Virus record (IMG/VR): IMGVR_UViG_3300030376_006484
Coordinates: 22,151 to 86,150 of that record
DNA length: 64,000 nucleotides
Reading direction: 5' to 3' (one strand)
Source: a virus
Lineage: Duplodnaviria > Caudoviricetes
Position 1 is the first letter of the stretch. Each line of letters starts with the position of its first letter. A program made the position numbers and the translations under genes. Shown piece by piece: positions 58,237 to 64,000 of this stretch. A model generated the notes under the pieces. The model did not search any database and was not told where the DNA came from. It saw only the letters and a program-made list of their open reading frames with translations.

Positions 58237-58928
58237 ATTTTCACCTTCTTTTCACTAAATAATACATCTAATATTCTAGATGCGGTTTTTTCTCCTATGC
58301 CGTCAAGTTTAGTGAGGTCTTGTACGGTGTGGAGTCCTATTTCTTGTATGGAACCAAACTGCTTTAATAGCATTTTGGCTTTTTTTACTGATACTCCCTT
58401 AATTGTAGAGAGTACATCAATACGCAAATCTTCTGTTGTAACTCTTTTGATTACTTCGGGTCGTATAGTTTCCCTGTTTAAGGGTTTAACTTTACAGAAA
58501 GCGGTAATTAAAAGAGCCGCTTCCTTCTCGCTTTCCACCCAAAGAGGTTTGGTATCAGTATCTAAAGCAATTCTAGAAATACCTCCTAAGAATTTATTCT
58601 TGAGCATTAATGCTCTTGTGCCGTGGGGCATTTTACTTTTAGAATTACTAATTACTGACTCTACGGCTTCATTTAAGGAACCATAAATTACGACAAAGTT
58701 ATGTTTGTAGTGCCTATCCATGTTATCTATTTGATTCCACATTCTTTTATTCATCAAAGAACCTAAGAAATCTACAGTAGATTTTGCTTCAAAACACATA
58801 TCATCAAAGACATAATCTCCAACTTCTATCCATTTCTTCTCCATCTCAATTGACAAGTACTTGGCGTGATACTCAACCAATTCAACCAATTTTGAACCGG
58901 CTCTTTCTCTGCTATCAATAACCAACAT
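58233..58928 (-). CDS. ERCC4/XPF-family nuclease with HhH2
   Basis: VIDSRE, GDY, EAKS..DF; HhH IKGVSVKKA and LDGIGEKTA. Confidence 0.88.
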   Translation of the reverse strand: MLVIDSRERAGSKLVELVEYHAKYLSIEMEKKWIEVGDYVFDDMCFEAKSTVDFLGSLMNKRMWNQIDNMDRHYKHNFVVIYGSLNEAVESVISNSKSKMPHGTRALMLKNKFLGGISRIALDTDTKPLWVESEKEAALLITAFCKVKPLNRETIRPEVIKRVTTEDLRIDVLSTIKGVSVKKAKMLLKQFGSIQEIGLHTVQDLTKLDGIGEKTASRILDVLFSEKKVKI

Positions 58929-58929
58929 G

Positions 58930-59268
58930 TCAATCAGTCCATTGTAAAAGTGTCCGGTATTTAAGCGAAGTGAGGATTTTGGGTTGGTCTTTTCTGTAGC
59001 CCCGCATTGTTTCTAAGAAAAGGAACACTAGCCATTCATCCCATTCTTCGGGAAACTCGCTCCCTTCATTAGAGAACGACTTTGCTTGATAATAGAAATC
59101 GCCCATGTGTAATGGGTGCTTCCAAAAGACTCTATCTCCTTCCATGTAAACTTCCCAACCATCTTTACGAATTATCAATTCGGGTTGAGGATATTCTCCA
59201 TCGGGGTCATCGTCAAAATATGTTGGTGACTTGGTTAGTTTCATCCATTTCTTTAAGTTAAATTTCAA
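58930..59268 (-). CDS. hypothetical protein
   Basis: 112-aa ORF in the operon. Confidence 0.65.
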   Translation of the reverse strand: MKFNLKKWMKLTKSPTYFDDDPDGEYPQPELIIRKDGWEVYMEGDRVFWKHPLHMGDFYYQAKSFSNEGSEFPEEWDEWLVFLFLETMRGYRKDQPKILTSLKYRTLLQWTD

Positions 59269-59561
59269 TTTAATTCCTCCATTACATTTCTTACTTTTTT
59301 ATTACACTCATCACAAATACCTCCTGCATCAAAACAAGCAACGCAACCGTGTTTGTCTTCTACAGATTTGCTAATTTGGTTTAGCGATGATTTTTTGTTT
59401 TGTGGTTCTACAATTTCTGCTAGTAGTTTTAGTGTTATTCCGTTTATGTAAACTATCTTGCCCATATTTTCTTGGATAGCATCATGTATTGCTACATTAC
59501 CTCCTAGTATTAACAAGAACAGTCCTACTAACAATACTCCTACAATTATTTCAATTATCAT
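59265..59561 (-). CDS. membrane-anchored protein with CxxC-x4-CxxC
   Basis: N-terminal TM helix. Confidence 0.65.
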   Translation of the reverse strand: MIIEIIVGVLLVGLFLLILGGNVAIHDAIQENMGKIVYINGITLKLLAEIVEPQNKKSSLNQISKSVEDKHGCVACFDAGGICDECNKKVRNVMEELN

Positions 59562-60598
59562 TTCTTCACCTCATCTAAGTAATTTGGATACCTCCAACAT
59601 CTTCCGACGCAGTATCCTTCGGGGATTAATTTAGTTTTACAGTTAGGTGTTTTATAATTACCATGTACTGTAAACTTAGCGTGTCTTTTTGTGGTTGATT
59701 TATCCCAATCCAACCACACACCATCTATGGATGCAATCTTTTCTATTTCATCAATGATTAAATCCAAGACTTCATTTTTCTGTTCTGTAGAAATTAACTT
59801 TGTTCTTTGAGTTAGCAAATCCCGATACCAAGCAACTAGATATGCTCTAGCCATATGACTAGGATTTTCCACCATGATAGCATTATGCAAACAAGGAAGT
59901 AGGGGCAAATTGCCCTCAATCTTGCTAACTTTGACTTCTCCTTCTACCATTTCAATAGGAGGCAAATCGGGCCAAATTACAAGTGAATTATTCGTCACTT
60001 TTCTTGCGATTAGTCTAGGCTCGGAGGCCAATTTTCGCAATTCTTTAATCCCCGTTTTTAGGTCATTTTCAAAGATTGGGATACAATAGTAAGGAACGCC
60101 GTTTTCATCGGAAGAAGACAAGTTTACCGTATTGGGGATTCTCCTAAGCCGAGTAGTTTGCCCTACTCTATCATCCAAAGTAGAGTCCGAACCAAGCAAA
60201 GATTTCACTTCTCTGTAAAATGCTTGAATGTTCCTAATGTCATCAGTAACTTCACCATACACAAACAGGTGAAATCCCTTGCCGGAAAAAAACATAGTGT
60301 GTTGGTAGTCGTGTTTATTGATGTAGTCTAAAACAATAATCAAATCATCAAGTGCTTCCTGTAAATTATCGTCGTGAGCATCAAAGTCCAAAAAGACTCT
60401 ATCCAAAATAACGGAAGATTCTACCTTCGCTGTTTCAGCGAAGATACCAAAATCATAAACGCTAGTGTAAACATTTGTCCTATTGTTAAACTCTTTAACA
60501 AAACTTGTGTATTCACTTTTTGTTCTTACTATTTTTCTTTTCATCTGTGGTGCGTTCTTGATGTGACTCCCCGCCCACACTTCCCTCGGAAATTTCAT
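59558..60598 (-). CDS. archaeo-eukaryotic primase with fused Cys-containing C-terminal domain
   Basis: FLDFD, FSGKGFH, RLRRIPNTVN; C-terminal PCLH..PNC..CVGRC. Confidence 0.85.
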   Translation of the reverse strand: MKFPREVWAGSHIKNAPQMKRKIVRTKSEYTSFVKEFNNRTNVYTSVYDFGIFAETAKVESSVILDRVFLDFDAHDDNLQEALDDLIIVLDYINKHDYQHTMFFSGKGFHLFVYGEVTDDIRNIQAFYREVKSLLGSDSTLDDRVGQTTRLRRIPNTVNLSSSDENGVPYYCIPIFENDLKTGIKELRKLASEPRLIARKVTNNSLVIWPDLPPIEMVEGEVKVSKIEGNLPLLPCLHNAIMVENPSHMARAYLVAWYRDLLTQRTKLISTEQKNEVLDLIIDEIEKIASIDGVWLDWDKSTTKRHAKFTVHGNYKTPNCKTKLIPEGYCVGRCWRYPNYLDEVKK

Positions 60599-60890
60599 TT
60601 TTATTGCCTCCTTCAAAACTGATTGTTGCTTGTCCTAGCATCTCGCTAATTACTTCTGCTATTTCGCCTCTTAATTGTATTTTAACTGCTTCCCTAAAAG
60701 CGTCTTCAAAAGAATACCCAACAAGCCCTTCGTTTAATTTTAATTCTCTTACTAATTCAAATCTTTCAATTAATTTAGATTCGTTATAGATTTCTTCACA
60801 TAGTATTTCTATTGTATCTTTTAGATTAGAAATTTCTGTAAATGTCCAAGACCTAGATAGTACTTTTAGTTTAATATTATTTTTGTTCAT
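60513..60890 (-). CDS. hypothetical protein
   Basis: 125-aa ORF in the operon. Confidence 0.6.
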   Translation of the reverse strand: MNKNNIKLKVLSRSWTFTEISNLKDTIEILCEEIYNESKLIERFELVRELKLNEGLVGYSFEDAFREAVKIQLRGEIAEVISEMLGQATISFEGGNKNEISEGSVGGESHQERTTDEKKNSKNKK

Positions 60891-61012
60891 TATCCCACCC
60901 CATAATAGTATTTATTCGTTCCAATAAAATATTAGAAACATCTTCTCTACCCATTACTTTAATGATATTGATTGCATCTGTGGCTACCGCCATTATACTG
61001 TCCTGCATAATA

Positions 61013-61912
61013 TCACATCAACCAAGTATCTTCATCGCACAATGGGAAATAACTACAATGAGCGCAAGTCTTGTAAAAGAATTTAGTAGGGAAGTTTTTA
61101 TTCTCATATGCGTGTATTAGTCTAGCAATAGATTTCATAGCAGAACTCTTAGATTGCTTCTTTACTTTCTCGCAGTACATATGATTGGAAATAGGATAAT
61201 ACCAAGACCAATGAGTAACAGGTACTCCTTCTTCTAATCCTGCATTTTGCAAAACCGCAGGACTACTGTTCTCAATTAGTATTTGATAGAAAGCCATTTC
61301 CTTTCTCATAGGAGAAGTTTTTGTGTCTTTCCACGGCCCTGTTTTAAATTCCATAGGTATGTACCCTTCTCCTTCTTGGAAGATTCTGTCAATGATTCCC
61401 TGTAAGTGTACCTTGTATGAGCGAGTCAATGGATACTTAGGGTCAGTATTAGCATCAATAACAATTTCACAATCAAACTTTCCTTCGTTACAAACAGGTA
61501 AGAATTCGTGAATCTTGCCTTCTTTCTTAGCATCTATAAATCGCTGTGCCTCAAAAATTGCGATACTTGCATAGTCATCAAAGTACTCATCTAAAGGAAA
61601 AAGAGAAGAACAATAGTCAATAACTTCGGTACTGTTCATAGTTTCTGCTTTTTTAATATCAAAGGTGTTAAAGAAATCCTCTCTTGCATTGTGCATGATT
61701 GTTCCTTTACGCATGGCTTCGCTTTGGTCTTGAGGTCTTCGCTCAATATAGCCAAACTGATACTTTCTAGGACACCAAATATGAGAACCCAAAGAAGACT
61801 TTGTAATCTTCAAAATGGGTTCGCTTGGGTCATCATAATTTTCCGGCAACCACTGGTATGTGTAGTCATCCATTGCTTCTATTTCTGCATTATATTTTTC
61901 TTCATTATTCAT
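61013..61912 (-). CDS. Cas4-like PD-(D/E)XK exonuclease
   Basis: CPRKY, GTIMH, GIIDRI, EFKTG, C-terminal CAHCSYFPLC. Confidence 0.85.
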   Translation of the reverse strand: MNNEEKYNAEIEAMDDYTYQWLPENYDDPSEPILKITKSSLGSHIWCPRKYQFGYIERRPQDQSEAMRKGTIMHNAREDFFNTFDIKKAETMNSTEVIDYCSSLFPLDEYFDDYASIAIFEAQRFIDAKKEGKIHEFLPVCNEGKFDCEIVIDANTDPKYPLTRSYKVHLQGIIDRIFQEGEGYIPMEFKTGPWKDTKTSPMRKEMAFYQILIENSSPAVLQNAGLEEGVPVTHWSWYYPISNHMYCEKVKKQSKSSAMKSIARLIHAYENKNFPTKFFYKTCAHCSYFPLCDEDTWLM

Positions 61913-61913
61913 A

Positions 61914-62819
61914 TTACCACCAATCCGATAGTTTCTTTTCTTTAGTTTTTATGCTCGCAGTGTCCCATTCCATCGCTTTGTAGACGGGTTCTGCTTTCTT
62001 AATTACTTGGTCTGCATAATGTGACCAATCGGGAGAATATTCTCTTATTTCGTCAAAGGTTCTCCCTGCAACATAGGTCGCCTCTACTTGTTTTCCTGTT
62101 AGCGGGTTAGTATAATGTCCTGCCGGTTTGCACTTAATGAAAACATAAGAATCAATATTAGTGGGTAGATTTAGTTTTTCTACTCCGAATAATATTGCCG
62201 AATTACCTGCTCCGAATACCGGCTTCTTACCCTCTTTAGTGGTGAAGGTTGTAAACTCAGCCGCACACTTAGAACAGAAATTTGTTCTCTTACCTTCTGT
62301 AAATTTGTGCTTCTTCTGTAAATCAAAAACCGAATATCCCTTACCGCAAGAACATTTTACCTTAAAGCGTTCTTCCTTAAACCGACTTCTTTTGACAATA
62401 GATTCAAAATCTATTTCCCCTTTCAGTACAGTAGAATACTTTTGATGTAGGTATTCGTTTATTTCTTCAAAGGAACATTGGTCTACCCACATTCTAAGAA
62501 CAGTGCTTTGAATATCTCTAGCAAAACCTGTTTCGGAAATTTTCTTAGCAGTAAATCCTGTCATTACAAACTTAGGTTCGTCCAACCAAACACCATCTAG
62601 CCAAGATACAAGCCCTACATTTCGGTTCTTAGTAGTCCCTACTCCTAAACTAGAATAGAATTTCTCAAACTCCAATACTACAGGGTGTTGTTCTAGACCA
62701 AGTACATTAGGAAAAGATTCTCTAACATGGTCGTTAATTTCTTCTATTGCTACCTTTGCTTTTTCTACTGAATCGCATTTGATATAAATAGAATCTGTGT
62801 GTCCATAAACTACTTTCAC
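61914..62819 (-). CDS. polB: family B DNA polymerase, C-terminal part (motif C and thumb)
   Basis: VVYGHTDSIY, LEFEK, KNRNVG, DWSHY..QV; GTG start after AAGGTGA. Confidence 0.88.
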   Translation of the reverse strand: MKVVYGHTDSIYIKCDSVEKAKVAIEEINDHVRESFPNVLGLEQHPVVLEFEKFYSSLGVGTTKNRNVGLVSWLDGVWLDEPKFVMTGFTAKKISETGFARDIQSTVLRMWVDQCSFEEINEYLHQKYSTVLKGEIDFESIVKRSRFKEERFKVKCSCGKGYSVFDLQKKHKFTEGKRTNFCSKCAAEFTTFTTKEGKKPVFGAGNSAILFGVEKLNLPTNIDSYVFIKCKPAGHYTNPLTGKQVEATYVAGRTFDEIREYSPDWSHYADQVIKKAEPVYKAMEWDTASIKTKEKKLSDWW

Positions 62820-63238
62820 TTAATCACCTTCTGTAAAACACCTAATGATAATATATAATTAATGAACTCATTAGAGCGTTCATTAATGCCTATTGTTGAA
62901 ATGTAGTTTGCGTTTGTTTGTGCTATTGCAGTCGTGGCGAATCTTTTTTCTCTTTCACTTTCACGAATCCATACATGTTCTAGCACACGAATTTTTTCGC
63001 TTAGATATTCTACGGTAAGGAAGCCTATGGTTTCCAATACACCTTCATGACCGGAATCATAATGCTCTTGATTCTCCCAAGTTTCTTTATAGATGAAATA
63101 GAAATCGTCTTCGCAGAAATGTTGTATTACTTGTTCCTTGAGAAAATACTCTTTCCATTCTTCGTATAGGTCAATAAATGCTATTAGGTGGTGACCATCC
63201 TCACAGTTTGCTTTTCTAATAAAAACTTCTTCAATCAT
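62816..63238 (-). CDS. GNAT-like protein inserted within polB
   Basis: IGFL, LEHVWIRESEREKRFATT motif A-like. Confidence 0.55.
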   Translation of the reverse strand: MIEEVFIRKANCEDGHHLIAFIDLYEEWKEYFLKEQVIQHFCEDDFYFIYKETWENQEHYDSGHEGVLETIGFLTVEYLSEKIRVLEHVWIRESEREKRFATTAIAQTNANYISTIGINERSNEFINYILSLGVLQKVIK

Positions 63239-63741
63239 ACTTCCACCATCCTTTTATGCAAGTCACCGTTTAATAAATTCCAAAAATCAAAGCAGGAAAT
63301 ACGACTTAAGGCATCTTCTTCGGGTAATTTACCATTTTCTTTAAAGATAGTTGTTACGAATCCCTTCCTATTGGGTTTCGCTGAACGAATTAATCTATCT
63401 AAAATTAGGAACCGATTATAGGCATCTAATCCATATGTTGAAGAGTATGCTCCTTTAGTATAAAACTCTCTTTTTAACTCCATCCACAAATTATATTCCC
63501 CTCCTTCTAAGTATTCACTTTCTACATGACATACCTTACACAATAAATGTAAATTCTCCATCTCATTAGAACCATCATTTTGTAGTGCGATAATATGTGC
63601 GGCATCTACTATAACATCTTCAATTCCACAAGCCATGCAGGTGTACCTATCTACATTGTGAAATTTAGCGATTTTAACTTTAGAGGGTTTTCTTAACCCC
63701 CTTGAGCAGGTTTTTTTGGTTGGGTTATTATTCATAGTCAT
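63235..63741 (-). CDS. HNH endonuclease inserted within polB
   Basis: CMACG, AHIIAL..DGSNEMENLHLLCKVCH. Confidence 0.85.
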   Translation of the reverse strand: MTMNNNPTKKTCSRGLRKPSKVKIAKFHNVDRYTCMACGIEDVIVDAAHIIALQNDGSNEMENLHLLCKVCHVESEYLEGGEYNLWMELKREFYTKGAYSSTYGLDAYNRFLILDRLIRSAKPNRKGFVTTIFKENGKLPEEDALSRISCFDFWNLLNGDLHKRMVEV

Positions 63742-64000
63742 ACTTCCATCTCCCTTGCCTTAAATGCGGCTAATCTAATTGCTTCTCTTGCGCTCGCAGT
63801 AATGCTAGCGGCTAGGTCTTTGTTACTCCAACCGAACCCTCTAAAAGCAAGGATTCCGTAGAATGAAGCCATCAATCTCTTGACGGCCATTTGGTTGTTA
63901 TTCCACTTGACATATTCTTCTTTATCGTCACCGTCTCTAGCAACCTTCATCTTCTTCTTGTAGTCGTTTCTCAAGTCCTTGAGAGCCAACAAAGAGCGAG
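63738..64000 (-). CDS. polB: family B DNA polymerase, N-terminal part (partial, ends after motif B)
   Basis: QMAVKRLMASFYG (motif B), LAASITASARE; frame open to the window edge. Confidence 0.85.
   Translation of the reverse strand, partial: RSLLALKDLRNDYKKKMKVARDGDDKEEYVKWNNNQMAVKRLMASFYGILAFRGFGWSNKDLAASITASAREAIRLAAFKAREMEV

Noticed and set aside
61013-61912. Cas4-like gene as evidence of CRISPR-Cas
   Set aside because: Solo Cas4/PD-(D/E)XK nucleases are common in archaeal viruses; no cas1, cas2 or array is present.
62816-63741. Self-splicing intron interrupting polB
   Set aside because: The insert is fully occupied by coupled ORFs, leaving no evident room for a ribozyme core, and the downstream half has its own RBS and start; not formally excluded.
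1-64000. tRNA or rRNA genes, and alternative genetic code
   Set aside because: No cloverleaf or rRNA-like segment noticed by eye (tRNAscan-SE would confirm); genes are intact and densely packed under the standard code.

Overview
The window is about 64 kb of a tailed (HK97-fold, siphovirus-like) archaeal dsDNA virus. Its gene content and order fit the Marine Group II/Poseidoniales viruses ('magroviruses'); this assignment is from recognition, not a search. Archaeal signals are GGTGA-type Shine-Dalgarno sites, TATA-like promoters, an ATP-dependent ligase, an MCM-like helicase, XPF/ERCC4, an AEP primase and a family B polymerase. Layout: (1) 1-2.4 kb, minus-strand SF1 helicase and small Cys-rich genes; (2) 2.4-7.3 kb, an AT-rich candidate origin and a putative early region partitioned by five copies of a palindromic element; (3) 7.3-55.6 kb, a long plus-strand morphogenesis block (terminase, portal, ligase, protease-scaffold, capsid, neck, tail, fibres, HMG-CoA lyase); (4) 55.6-64 kb, minus-strand replication genes including a split PolB. 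Main unexplained signals: about 19 unrelated proteins share an N-terminal W-x-x-[ILV]-[ILV]-K leader that resembles the scaffold C-terminus and is carried on repeated DNA junctions, a candidate capsid-cargo targeting system; an Arf/Ras-like GTPase operon with membrane proteins and a WW-like domain; and two paralogous early genes whose 5' and 3' UTRs can pair in stems with conserved ends but different interiors. No tRNA, rRNA or CRISPR array was seen.
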